This document shows positions 24,501-38,581 of a DNA stretch of 64,000 nt, piece after piece. The position numbers and the translations under genes were made by a program. The stretch is from Blastocystis sp. Blastoise (lineage: Eukaryota; Protista; Bigyra: Opalinata), in assembly GCA_039096225.1 (NCBI GenBank), contig JBBPEB010000006.1, forward strand, positions 62,001 through 126,000. Reading direction: 5' to 3'. Below the pieces are notes generated by a model that was not told where the DNA came from, made no database searches, and saw nothing but the letters and a program-made list of their open reading frames with translations. Position 1 is the stretch's first letter. Each line of letters opens with the position of its first letter.

Positions 24501-26694
24501 AGAAAATGGTAATACTGATTATACTATACACGCTACGTCTGTATTTAATACCCCATATGAATATATATTAACTATTTCCATTCAATTATGTCAATTTCCT
24601 TATAATTTTGTTAGCATTCAAGTTGAATGCGAAGAGAAAACTTTTTATAGCATAGACATAAGAGATAGTACTACATTTGTGCTATCTAAAAGGATTTATC
24701 ATCTATATAAAAAAAATTTAGAAGAATATAATTTATGTCTATCTCCATCTTTATACTATATATTTATGTATATTTATTATGGAGATTTTAATTCAGTATC
24801 ACATATATATGTCAATAATAATTATTACACTAAATGTTATCCATCTCATCAGATAGATTTATATTTCACTCAATATGTTGATGCATCCAAGATGCGTATT
24901 GTTTATTCTTATGATAATAATACTCCTCCTAAACATTGGACTACAAGTTTATTTAATGATAATCTATGGTCAACTGTTCCTTCTTCTTCTTCTCTTCCTG
25001 ATGTTCCTAATAGCAGTATTACTCAATATTATAGAATACATTATAACATTGAAGTATTCATGGAATTGTCTCGTGTATTCGATATAACTGTATCTACCTA
25101 TGCTGGTATGATTATATATATAAATGGTTATGAAGTAAGAAGAGTAAATATGAATGATGGTGATAATATAGAATACAACACGTTAGCTACTGATGGATAT
25201 ACTGAATATAAATCATTTAGATCTGTTATTAGTGCTTTTATTGATCCTAATATATGTCTTATAGGTGATAATATTATTGCTATTGAAATACATAGATATA
25301 ATAATATTATTCAACCCAATAGCGGACTTTCTATAAAAATAAGTATTATTGAAAAAAATAATTTATCAATAGAAGGTTCATGGTCTGTTAACGGTAATGT
25401 AGTTCCTGAATATCCATTAAATAATCTATATGATTTCAATGATGATACATACACAAAAGTACTTAATAAATGTTCAAATACTATATTCACTTATACATAT
25501 AATGATGAAATATGTGTAGATGTAAATCAGCTTCATCTATATTATAGACATGATATGAGTGTATCCTATAGTCCTGAGTCTATTGTAATAGAGGGAACTT
25601 ATAATAATGGTGCACAATGGGATGAACTTTCTACAATGGATGGAATAATTATGAATACGATTTATAATCAAGACTTATATTTAAATAAATGTTATAATTC
25701 ATATCGTATGATACTTGCAAAATGTGGAACAGATCCAAGTTTATCTGAAAGTGAAAGTGTTACTATTCTAAATGAACTACAATATTACGTTAATGATATT
25801 CCTGGTTGTATAAGTAATGAATGGTCTGCAACTAGATTTGGTATATACTCTTCTAAGATTTGTCCTAAAGGATATTCCAGTGATGCAAAACGTTTATGTA
25901 TAGGATATGGATCACAAGCAATTGAAGGTGATCCAACATGTATAAAAATAAATCCTTCTAAATTATATTTTGAAGAAACAGATATTATTATTAAAAAGGA
26001 TGATTTCTATGAACAATATTATACAATAGATGCTGTTGATACAGTTATTACAAGTTCTCCTTCTCTTCCTGAAGGTATTATTATAGATTCTGTAACTCAA
26101 AAACTATATGGTACACATATTAATGAATCTCCTAAAACTACTTATACTCTCTCTTATACAAATAATGAAGGCACTATTGTTGACTTATATCAAATCTCTA
26201 TTACAGTTATAGGTTTACCATGTTTAGCTGATAATAATTGGCCAGAAACTAACTCTGATTCTACTGCTTCTCTTCCTTGTCCTCAGGGATATGCAGGTAA
26301 AGTATATAGATTGTGTAGTATTAAAAGTGAATGGGAAGAAGTTGATACTAGTGAATGTATATTTAGTTCTACTCCTTGTACTGGTACTACTTATTATAAT
26401 GGTAATGAATGTATAGAATGTATAAATGGTTATGTAATTTCATTAAATGGTAATAATTATTTATGTACTCCTTGTAATAACAATGAATTTGTATATAATA
26501 ATAAATGTTATCCTAGTGGTGCGACTTGTCCTGCCAGTACTATTGATTCCTATTTATATCCTGAAACTGATATATTGAAGAATGCTGCTGTTAATTGTAC
26601 AAATGAGAATCAATATGGTTATTATAAAGTATTTTGTGATTACATATCTAAACCTACTTGGTCTAATGATATTCATAAAGATCTTTGTTGTATG

Positions 26695-26762
<68 letters not shown>

Positions 26763-27654
26763 TCTATAGATCCTCGGCCTGTTTCTATTCCTGGAAAAGC
26801 TTTAGAATCATTAGATTATTTCATGCAATTAGCGATACCAATTGATGATATTTATTCTTTATTAGTATTTTTAACCAGAATATTTGTGAATATTTTTTCG
26901 TATCAACTCACAGATCTTTTTCTTACTACAAATTATTTAAATGATTATAATGTATATTAGTATTTATTATTCACTTTTATTTAATATATAGTCTATTGAT
27001 TCTCTTCTTCTTCATGTATATTATGGTTCAAGCAGGTATCTATATTCTATCTATTCCTCTTCTAAAAGACAATTATTTATAAATACCATTATTACTTATT
27101 ATAATACTCCATTCAGTTCTTCTTCTTCTCTTAGTAACTATCAAACAATTCTATATAATACTAATGAGTATTGCCACTATTTAGAAAGTGGCCATCAAGA
27201 TGTATTATTAAGTTATTATAAAACATATGTATTTTCTATTGGTGAACAAGAATATTATGAAATTCTTTTTTGTAAACAAATACAATTAGATTATGTTTTA
27301 GTCCCTATTAAAATAGTAGAAATTCCAAATAGAAACATAAAATGTATATCCTTGGTTTTTGATAATTCATCACTAAAATGGATCGGTCATAGCACATTTA
27401 TAGCTATATATAGATCTTTTTTAATTTCTAGTAAAGTTCCTATTTCGCAATTATATAATTTCGTAGTAACTTCCTTATCTCAAAATATTAAAACAATACT
27501 TTATTTAAAATATTTAGTGAATTTCCCAAATGAGATACTAGTTGAAAGTGCAACACTTTCCAGCTATTTTAATGAACAAATATTAAAAAAACAGTTAAAG
27601 AATATCATTCCTTTTAGTTATTCTTCTGTTGAAATTGAGTACCAAGAAATATAA
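21586..27654 (+). CDS. Large secreted/surface protein with putative-Ig (He_PIG-like), galactose-binding-like jelly-roll, HRM-like and Cys-rich modules
   Basis: Spliced signal peptide MIILQFIVFFVFTLLYVQAC. Three PxLPxGL/IxxxxxxGxxxG modules (SPDLPIGLTISSNGILSGTP, TPSLPDGLTFDTTTGSIYG, SPSLPEGIIIDSVTQKLYG). Repeated YFRKxI...G(F/M)IxYxNGxxV jelly-roll units. HRM-like CLADNNWPET...LPCPQGYAGKVYRLC...W...DTSEC. One ~3.9-kb exon. Confidence 0.8.
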
Positions 27655-30600
27655 TTTACACTATTAGTTGAAATATTAGCTTACTATATATCTATATTAA
27701 TGATTATACTATAATCTTCTTAAAAATTATTTCTATATATATAATACTACTCATCCTTTTGTTTGTTGTGATACTTTTATATATTTTTAACTTTATTTGT
27801 TTTTATAACTTATATATCAATATTCTCTTAGTATATAATATCTTTATATTATTTCTCTACTTATAATAAACTTCTTTTTATATTTAATGAATTATAAAAA
27901 TTGCTTTCATACATTCGCATATATTCTTTTACATATACTTACTAATAACTGTTCATTCTGTTCATATATATTATTCACTTTTATTATATTCTTTCCTTTG
28001 AAATCGGAATTTTTGTTAAACCATATACATAACAAATAATTATTAATTATTTATGATGATATTCTTTTTTTCTTATATTATGTGACTTTATCTATATTGG
28101 TCTATATGTACATTTGACGCGGATTCTAGTTTTTTGTTATTTATTATATTATTTCTTTTTAAGAAAAACTTTTTTATTGTTTAATTATATATTCATAAAG
28201 TTGTGTCACATTTGATGCTATATTTAGTATAGTATATAACCCATTACACATCTTGAAAAAAGACAAAAATATAAATATTTTATACCCCTATTTTAAGGTA
28301 TGAATTGAAAAGACATAATTTATGAAACTTATTCAAAATGTTTTAAATATGATTTTTTATTGAATAAATAAATATTGCCTTTTTTTAGATCACGAATTCA
28401 ATCATCAATTATGTTTCATTTCTGTTCATACTATTTTAAATGAAACAACATTAATATAAATGAATATAGCAATGTGTAGCATTGTTGAATATTTAAAAGA
28501 GAGAAGAAGACTGTCAAAAATGTGTAATAAAAAAGGAATAATATAGAGAAAAATCAACGTTTCTTTAGTTGATTTATTACAAATGAATGATATTTTCATA
28601 TTTTAAAGGTAATACATAATTTTAGTTATTGAAAATGCTATGATATGATATTTAAAAGCACATATATGCTATATTGATAGTTTAAAACAAAAATAAAACA
28701 ATTTAGGAAGATATAAATGGGGTGTAATTATCATATTTCCAGAAAAATTGGAACCATATAATATTAGGCGTTCTTTAGAGTGTATATATTATAAATGATT
28801 GATTACCATAATATAAGTATTAATGAATAGATAAAACAAAAATTACTAACAATTATAAAAAAATAAATTTTAATTCAAACACTACTCTTTATATTCTGTA
28901 TTCGAGATATATAGAAATGACTTTGAGGTACTTAATTGACTGATAAAAAGAACAACTTTTAATCAAAGTGAGTTAATTGTTATGTGTAAATTCCTTATAA
29001 TTTCTAAAATACTCCTTCATACTATGTATCGATTTCTTTATAACATATTCAAATATGATAATGAAACATCAACATTTTCATTTGTATTCCATTATTTTTT
29101 CGGCGTTAAAGAAAGAAAAAAAAGATACATACATGTCTTAAATGTTAGTCAATAATATTTAAATATTTTATAATTAATTTATGTAAATATTAAAAGAAAT
29201 ATATTGAATAAAAGCTTAAAAAAGAAAAAGATGCACCTCAATTATTCCTAGAAATACGCGTTAAGTGTAGATATTACGAACTTTAAAATTATAAGGAAGA
29301 AACCCTATAGATACATAATAATGATAGAGTTTATGATAATCTAAGAATTGATTTTTTTAAGAGTGAATTCACTAGTTAGACAAATATTTTTATTGTATTT
29401 AACTCTGATACTTTTTGATTAATCCAGTATTTTGATTTGAATTGATCCTTGTTAGTATCTTTTGTAGGAATATCAAAGACATAACTTTTTGTTTCACATT
29501 CTATATTATTTGTTACACTAAAGCCAACATCTTCTCCACTATTATATGTAACTACTTTTTCCATCTTTAATAAAGCAACTTATTCTTTTTTTTTTTAACT
29601 AAATGTTATATATATAATACATCACTAGTTTATTATTCTTATACTGAAGAATATATTACATTTTGAAAGAGCCAAAATGAGATCTTATTATATATATAAT
29701 AATATATGAAATTGTTTATCTATACTAATTAATTGAATAACACAAAAAATTTGAATAATAGAACTTTACAGTCAATTATATTTTATTAGATAAATAATGA
29801 TTAATATGATCTTTGTATATACTTATTATTAAAAAAAATAAGCATTCTTTTCTTCATAATAAACATTTTCATTAGAGAAACATTATAATTATCTTCATAT
29901 TATTATAATAAATAAAAACAATAATTATAAAAACAGATGTTTGAAAAATAAATGTATAAGAATAAAAGTTAAAAAAAGAAAAGAAATAAAAAATAATTTA
30001 TATACATATAGGTATATATTATGTTATATTTCATATAATAATATTACATTTGAAGGAAACATAATTTTTACATGTTATTCATATTATGATTCACTATTCA
30101 TCAAATAAACTAAAATAAAAAAGTATAAAAATAATATTATTACAAATTTCTTTATATAAATAATATAGGATTAACAAAAATCCAGAAAGTATCTTTATTT
30201 CATCTAAATAATAAATATTTTAGCACATATATAATTTACAATTACTTTTAATACATTAATAAATTATAAAAATAGCACAAAATCGTTCTTTCATATATAT
30301 ATTGAATTTTTCTATATAAAATTAGTCCATGTTGCGAGATAAATTAGAGTTCTTGATCAATTTTCGACAGTAATATTATTATCTATATTAAATCTTACTA
30401 CTCAGTTTATCTTTTTATTGATTTGTTACATTGATCACTTGGATATCATGACTTTCTTCTTTATAGAGTAATCCGATTTTACAAAAAAACAAACTAAAAT
30501 GAAATGAATCTAAAAGAAATAAGCAATTAAATAGATAATAATACCTATAAAAGCAAATTTATTCAACTACTTGATGAAAATAATTTTTTATTAGTATATA

Positions 30601-31046
30601 GATAATTATTGAATTATAAACTATATTCTACAACTAATTAAGGCTAATATTTGGTAGAAAAAGACCGTTGTGAAACACGTGATGACTATCACCTATTAAA
30701 TATTATGTTTTAAAATATATGAATCTATTGTAAAAATCGAGAATATACAGTTTATATACACTATTTTAATAAATTTACTAAGAAATATAAGAAATGGATT
30801 TAAATCAACACAATATGTGATGATTCATTTGAATAACAATGGCGCAGCATAACTTCTATTTATTTTTACTATAAAACATAGAGAGCTAGTAAAAATGTAA
30901 GATAAATTCATAATAATATAAAACCTCGTAAAAAAGGTAGTATTTAAGCCAGTTTTTTTCTGACTTTTAAAAAGTAATCTTTCATTAAAATACATATTTT
31001 TTTTTATTATTTGTTTTTTTGGTAATTAAAGTTTTTAATATATATC

Positions 31047-32466
31047 ATGCAACCAATTAATTATAACCAAGAATGTGTGAAAGCATCAAATTTATTAGGA
31101 GCTTTTGCTTATAATCAAGTATTTTTTCCTAAATGATTCTCTTAATTGAATAAGGAATATGGCCTTAGTTATCAACTTCAAGATGGAGTTAGAAATAACA
31201 AGTTTCAAGTTGCATATTCATCAACATGTATGATTAGTAGCTTAAAACTTGTTGATATATTTTTCAATATAGATAAAGGTGTTGAAGATCTTGTGTTTTT
31301 AATGTTTGATGTTCCTATTCCTTATTATCATCCCAGTGTGTTTCGAATAACTCTAACATTGATGAAACAATCGTATCCACTCACAGTTCCTGTGATTCAT
31401 TTTAGCAATCTTCGTATGTATAATTAGCCTTTAGTTGAATAACAATATTTTTTCTTAGCTAAGTATACATTTAACCCGACTTATTCTTGGTTTACTAAAG
31501 ATGGTTATTTGTCTAATGAAATACTTAAAAATGTTTATTCAGTATTTAATTTTATTTATAACAATAATTTTTGTTTTTAAATCATATACTTATAATAATT
31601 AATTATTCTTATAGACTATGACTTTTAGTGATTTATGTGATTATTGTATTAGATTAGTTAAAGAGTGTCAAATTTATATGTATATATATATATATAGAAA
31701 TAGTATATAAATATATTTAAATAGACCCATAAATACACCTATTCCTCCTCAACCAAAAGAAGTTCCTGTTCTCCAAGTTCCAGATATATGTATATATTAT
31801 TTAAAACATCATATAATATTATTATAATTTTTTTATCGATATTTGTTTTAATCTTTCTTTATATATATAGTACCTATGATAGATGCAAAATGTTTGGTAT
31901 TTGAGAAAGTTATAGGAGAAGGAGGATTTGGACAATGTTATAAATAGTATATATATATATATATATATATTATTATACTTATATATATATTATTATACTT
32001 ATATATATAGTAATTATAATGGAAGAAGTGTATGTATAAAGCAACTGCCTCAAAGTACTCCTAACGAATTAAAATATGCACAAAGAGAATTAGGAGCTCT
32101 TGCTCAATTAAATAATCCATATATTCTTAAAGTATTTATATATTTATTTATATATATTCATATTTATATATATACTATTTAATACTTATTTATATATATA
32201 GATGATTGGATTAACTGAAATAAATGGTAGATATATGCTAATTACAAACTATGCTTCTGAAGGAGATTTATATAAATATATGAAAGAAAGAATGTATATA
32301 TATAAACTTATATTTTTATAATAAAATGTATTTATAAACTACTATTTATATAAAGATCAAATATTAAAGAATATACAACTTCTTTTTGTATAATTTTCAT
32401 GAAAGTTGTTTCTGCTGTTGCTGCTTGTCATAAGAAAAATATCGTTCATAGAGATCTCAAAGTATA

Positions 32467-32543
<77 letters not shown>

Positions 32544-33327
32544 TATAGCCTAATAATGTTTGTATGGACAAGGATGATAATCCTACTGTGATTGATTTCG
32601 GATTAGCACGTGTTATCAATGATAGTAACAATGAAGATATCACTCATTGTGGTACAAGAGAATAGTATATTGTTATATTTATTATTATATTTATTATTAT
32701 ATTTATTTATTATTATATTTATTATTATATTTATTTATTATTATATTTATTATTATTATATTTATTATTATTATATTTATTTATTATTATATTTATTATT
32801 ATTATATTTATTATTATTCCTATAGTGCTGCTCCTGAACAATTTGGTAATTCGAAATCTATTACTAATAAGTGTGATATATATGCTTTGGGATTATTAGG
32901 ATATTTTATAATGACAGGAATTGATATTGGAACCAATACATTTTCTAAAGGACAAAGTGTATCTATTCATTTATATTTATTTCACATATATTGTTTCTTT
33001 AATAAGAAATATATATATATATATACATATATATATAGCATCTCAAAATGGATCCTCGATATCAAATTCCATTCGATCCTAATCTTAATAAAAGTATATA
33101 TACATAATAAATATTAATACTAAATAGATTTATAAGACATTGAATAAAATAATATTACATTTTTATTCTATAAGTTTTATTATTATCTCTTTCTATATAT
33201 ATATATAGTTTTATATGATTTATTTAATGATTGTTGTCAATATGATCCTGATAAAAGACCTTCTGCAGAAGAAATATATTCACGATTATCTACTTATAAA
33301 GGACCTTTATATGAACACTTTATTTAA
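31047..33327 (+). CDS. Protein kinase with an N-terminal UEV/UBC-like domain (multi-exon)
   Basis: Kinase motifs IGEGGFGQCYK, VCIKQL, HRDLKPNN, DFGLAR, CGTREYAAPEQF, CDIYALG, YDPDKRPSAEE. The N-terminal VPIPYY...ITLTLMKQSYPLTVPVIHF...WFTKDGYL resembles a TSG101/Vps23-type UEV. Pro-rich linker TPIPPQPKEVP. Confidence 0.85.
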
Positions 33328-33898
33328 TATATAAATTTTCATCTATAATATTCCATTTTTAATTATTGATTATTATCTTTCATTTTTATTTATACTTTTT
33401 TTTGTATCATTTATATGTGAATTTTTTTTTGTTCTTTTATTTATGTCATAATCTATATATTATCTTTTTATTTTATTAAAAAATATATCTAAAAAAAAAA
33501 TTGTTTTTATTATCTTAATGTTCTATTTTGTTTATTATTTTTTTTTATAATTACAACTAAAAATTTAAAAATATATTCATAGTTTTATAAATACGTCACA
33601 TTTCAAATAATATTTTTTTTTAAATATCAATATTCACTAAAAAGTAATAACTAATTTATATTAACAATAATATATATTTTATTTTCTAATACATTTTATT
33701 TTCCAAATAAATTATAATTACCTTTAAACTATTATATTATAACAAAACAAACTTTTTTTTGTATTTTAACATACTTATATTTGTAAAAGAGACTAAATAA
33801 ACTGTAAAAAAAAAATCAGATAGTATAAAGAACTCCAAAAATAATATATATATAAAATAGACAAATGTATATTAAAAATATATAATTAATTTATTTAT

Positions 33899-36800
33899 TT
33901 ATTGAAGATTATAAATACTAACAGTTTTGTATTGAGTCTTAAAACTCTTACCAACGAAATAGTTGATGAAAGTTAAAATAGCTTCAGATTTAGATTCAAC
34001 AATAGGACCATAAACAGAAGGAGTAGCAAGAATAGAGTTCTTTAATAAATCTAAGAAAATAGCTTTTTGGGCTTCATTTCTGAAACGAAGTTCAGTATAG
34101 AAAGCAGTATCCTTAAAGACTTGTTCTTGAGTTTCATCAGGTTGTTCACCCTTAATCATAAATACATTAATATCAAAATATTCTAAAACCTTAGTAGCAT
34201 CATAAGATTGAGTATGTCCAATGAAACGAGCAAAAGCACGAGCAAGAGAATATTGAATATCAGAACTAGCTCCTCTAGGATCCATATTTTCAATAACAAT
34301 CTTAAGATGAACATCAGACCATTTATTAGTAGTACTAGGGAAATATTGAACATAAGAATTAGTAGTATAATCCTTGTAGAGAGATTCATAATATTTAGAT
34401 TTACAATAACGAGTTACAGCACCATCAAAGATAGTTCCAGCAACAGAAGTGAAAGCGGAATAACCATAATAATAAAGAATAGTATTAGGATAAGTGATTT
34501 CATCAACAGTAATAACTTTTTGTTCAGTAGCATCAACAGTTTCATAATAAGAATAATCAACATTACTATCTGTAAGTTCATAACAAACATCAGGTCTAGC
34601 TTTAGCAAAAGCATCATTAACTTCTAATTTATAAACACTCCAGAAATATTGAGTAGTTTCCATAAGTTTAGCATTAACAGCATCCATAAAAGCAGGTTCA
34701 TAGAACATTAATTGAGCATCATTAGCAGAATCATATACAGTATCAAATACAACTTCAAGAAGATTACTATATTCACCAGCTTCATTACTGAAATCAATCT
34801 TAGTAACATATACATCACTTACAGGAGTAGTAGAGACTTCAGTAATAGCAAATAAGAGTTGTTCTTTAAACCAGAAAGAAGAAGGAACTATATTATATTG
34901 TTTAGCATCTTCTCTAGCAACAACTTCAAAGACAACTTTAGTATAAGAAGAACCAGCAGGAACAAGTTTAATAGTTTCAGCTTCAAATCTATTTCTATGA
35001 CAAACAGAGATCATATTAACAAGAGAAGCACGTTTAAGAATAGAGTTATAAGCACAATAACTTTCAGAAGTAGTATCAGTAACATCATCACAAACTTCTT
35101 CATAAGTAGTAGCACTAGGAGTTAAAGAAGCAAGAGTAGGTACATTATAAGCATCACCACAATAAGGTCTTATATTCATATCATACTTAGTTTCACCAAT
35201 AAAACAATTAAATTTATCATAAGAAGAAACAGCAAAATTAAATTGGAAATAATCACCAACTTCAGTAACAGTATATTGACTATCTTGAGCTTGATTCTTA
35301 GTTAATTCAACAGTACCATCATAACAATGAATTTCATCAACAGTATGTTCATATTTAAAAAGAGTTATATCTTTATCTTGATTACCAATAACAGTAGTAC
35401 AAGGAGCTCTATGAATAAGATCAATAGCTACAGTCTTAGTAGTAATAATATATTTATCAGTTTCATCAACAGTAGGAGTAAATTTAACATAAACAGTAGT
35501 AGCGATATTACTATCATAAGCACCAGAAAGAGTAACATGAGTCATATCTTCAATAGTAGTAGGAACAGAGATACCATAATTAGAACAAGCAACAGTATTA
35601 GCAAAAGAAGCAGAAGTAGCACAAGTCATAGTATAACCAGTAATACCAATACAAATGCCATTAGCTTGAGCACAACGAAGATTTAATTCAGTATTATCAC
35701 CAATAAAATGAGTAATACTTTGGCCATCATTAAGCATAGTTTCAGCATCATAAACATCAAATAAAACACTTTGACGTACATAAAGTTCAAAATCAAAATA
35801 ACAATCAGAAGTACTCTTAATATCATCACTATGAGCAGGAATATTAGTAGGATTATTAAGAACAGAATAATATTCACCTTCAAGAGAAGTATCTAATTGG
35901 AAATCACCACCATAATAAGTATTACCATTTAAAATACTAGTTTTGAACATAGAAGGATGAGCTTCATCTTCAACTATACTACCATCAAGTTTAGTATAAG
36001 TAATTTGTTCAACAGAAGAATCAGTAGACCAAGCAGTACAAGCAACATTGGCTCTCTGTTTATTTCTCAGACGAATACGATAAGTAGATTGATCTAAACA
36101 TAAGAAAACTCTGAAATAAGGATCAAAACGACCACCAAGGAAATTAGCTAAACCATAATATTGAGTCATAGGTTCTTCAGGATAAGAACCAGCAACATCA
36201 TCACGTTTAAAGATTTCAAAACCTTCAGTACCACCATTAGTAGTAGCTAATTTATCAAAGACAACAACTCTTTGGTTTTCAGCACATTCTACAGGACCAA
36301 GATGAATAGTAAGAGTATTAGAAGTACTACTAGCAGAAGAAGTGAAAGCGAAATCACCTACAATATAACCAGTATAGGTAGTTTCTCCTTCACGTTGTTC
36401 AGATAAAGTAGAGAAAGTAACATAAGAATCAGAAGTCCAAGCAGTAGTTAAAACAGTAGTACCAGCAGTACGAAGAGTATACATTTCTAAAGTATAATCA
36501 TCCTTAGGTAAACAAACAGCATATTCAGCAATAAGATTCTTAAGATCAGAACCAGTATTTCTAAGAATACGACCCCAACCAGTAGTAGATTGATCATTAA
36601 CATCAATAGTATCACCAACTAATTCACCTTGAGAATTCTTAAGAGTGAAAACTTCACGTAAAGTATTACCATTATGAACTCTAGTTACAAGAACAGGATA
36701 TTCACCAGCAGTAGTACAACTAAATTTTTCAATATTAACAATCTTCTTAGGTTCATCTTCACCACTAGTTCTAATAGTGAAAGAAGCAGTCTTTTCAAAG

Positions 36801-37607
36801 GTAGAGACGTCGACTTTACCAGAGAAAATATAATCAGAATCAATAAATTGTAAACCAAGAGCAGTTTCACCTTCAAAACTTAAGGCAGTAAGATAATTAC
36901 CTTCAATATTATAACTAATAGTATTATCAGTATTTAAAATAAGAGCAATTTCAGGTCTAATTTCAGTAGGATTGAAAGCATCAACGAAAATAGTTTCGGT
37001 AATTCTATTAATAGAAGGAGTAAAAATTTGAACAGTTTCAAGTTCACTAATACCAAAAGATTGAGTATTGGTAGCAGCAACTTGATAACAAACACCACTG
37101 TAATAGTTCTTAGAAGTATAATCTTGAACTTTTACACAATAACCTCTAACAACAGAACTTACAACACTGAATTGATAGTTATAAAGGTAAGCAGTATCAG
37201 TAGATTCAGAAACTAAACATAAATCAACTTTAGCAGTACCAGCCTTAATTTGTTGAGCAGTATAAGATAAAATAGTAGGACAGTTTCCAGTAACGAAATC
37301 AGCAGCATCAGTAACAGGAGTACCACAGACAGTTGAATAAGCAGCAGTAACACTGTTTTGAGGATCCATGTAGGAAGGGGTAACAGTGACAACTTCGGCA
37401 TTATCAGGATTACCAATAAGATTACCAGTAATTTGAATAGTAACTAAACGGTAATTGACAGTAGCATCAGTGCCGCAAACTATAGAAGAAAACGTTAAAT
37501 TTTAATTTACAAATGGTATAAAATTTTAGAAAAAACAGCTTAAATGATCACATACTTGATTGAGAAAGAGCAATAGATAAAATAAAAAGAAGAATTAAAG
37601 ACTTCAT
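33899..37607 (-). CDS. Large secreted/surface protein (~1210 aa) of unknown function, single coding intron
   Basis: Signal peptide MKSLILLLFLSIALSQS, intron 37555-37480, then a 3.58-kb open exon with strong codon bias (GGT/GCT/ACT/GTT/CGT). Repeated VCL...YTL...AW..DS.V modules resemble those in the 21586-27654 protein. Confidence 0.85.
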
Positions 37608-38581
37608 TTGTATTCTACTAAAAGAAAAAATATATATAATAAATAGAATCAAAAGAAACAGAAAGTAATGGTGTCATTGTTTCCTGATTTAGAAACACAA
37701 CATTACCATGAATATATAAAAGATTGCCCTCATTTTTGAGAATAACCTAAAAACACTCGAAGTGTTGATCAATCAGGAAAATTCATCTTCGATTCCACAT
37801 TTGAATGGTGGAAATTTTAGTGTATAGGATCAAGGCACTTGAGTCCTTCATCCTTTAATAATAGCTATATTTTTTTATTATGTTCGATATTCAATAGAAC
37901 AAACAACAGATACTAATATAGACTAGGAACCAACATTTTTATAGACATTTGATAGTCAAATTATAATTTGACCAAGGAATGTCGCTTATTTTATTGCTTC
38001 ATTTACTAATTTTATGGTTTCATAAGTAGACACATCTATTAATTACTTAAATTACAACATTAATTTTTTAATAAAAATCATTTTTCTTTCATAATTGATA
38101 TCTAGATTAATAAAGTGCAATTTTTTTTTATTTATCAATAAAAGTCTATGTAAAATGCTTATTCTCCAACAAAGGGTCCTGTTGAAAAAGAAATGTTTTG
38201 AAAATGTGTATTGTATATCATATATTTATTGAAATACATCAATTCTAATTAAGCTAAACGAAAAAAAATAAACGAAATAATGAATTTAAATGTCAAATTA
38301 AAATAAAAGAAAAGTCATAAATAGTTATAAAGAAAATTATTACTTTAATAATAATAATGACTTGAAAACAAATAGATTTCTTTTCAAACAGTGAATATCA
38401 TTAAAAAAAATCTACAAAACATATGTAGTATATGGTTAGACAATATATAAAAATAGAATATAAATACAAAAAAAAAGAAAAGTAATAATTTTTGTAAAAT
38501 GTTAATAAATATACTAAATAATATAAGAAGCGTAATATAATCATATATATCTTACATGGCTTTTAAAACTTATAAGAATTG

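Noticed and set aside
27760-27767. TGTTTGTT motif suggesting Blastocystis-type polyadenylation-created stop codons
   Set aside because: It lies ~105 nt after a genomic TAA, and every gene I could trace ends in an encoded stop. It may be an ordinary poly(A) signal, but there is no evidence here for stop creation.
34183-37416. Multiple alternative-frame and antisense ORFs in the large secreted gene
   Set aside because: By-products of strong codon bias in the real frame.
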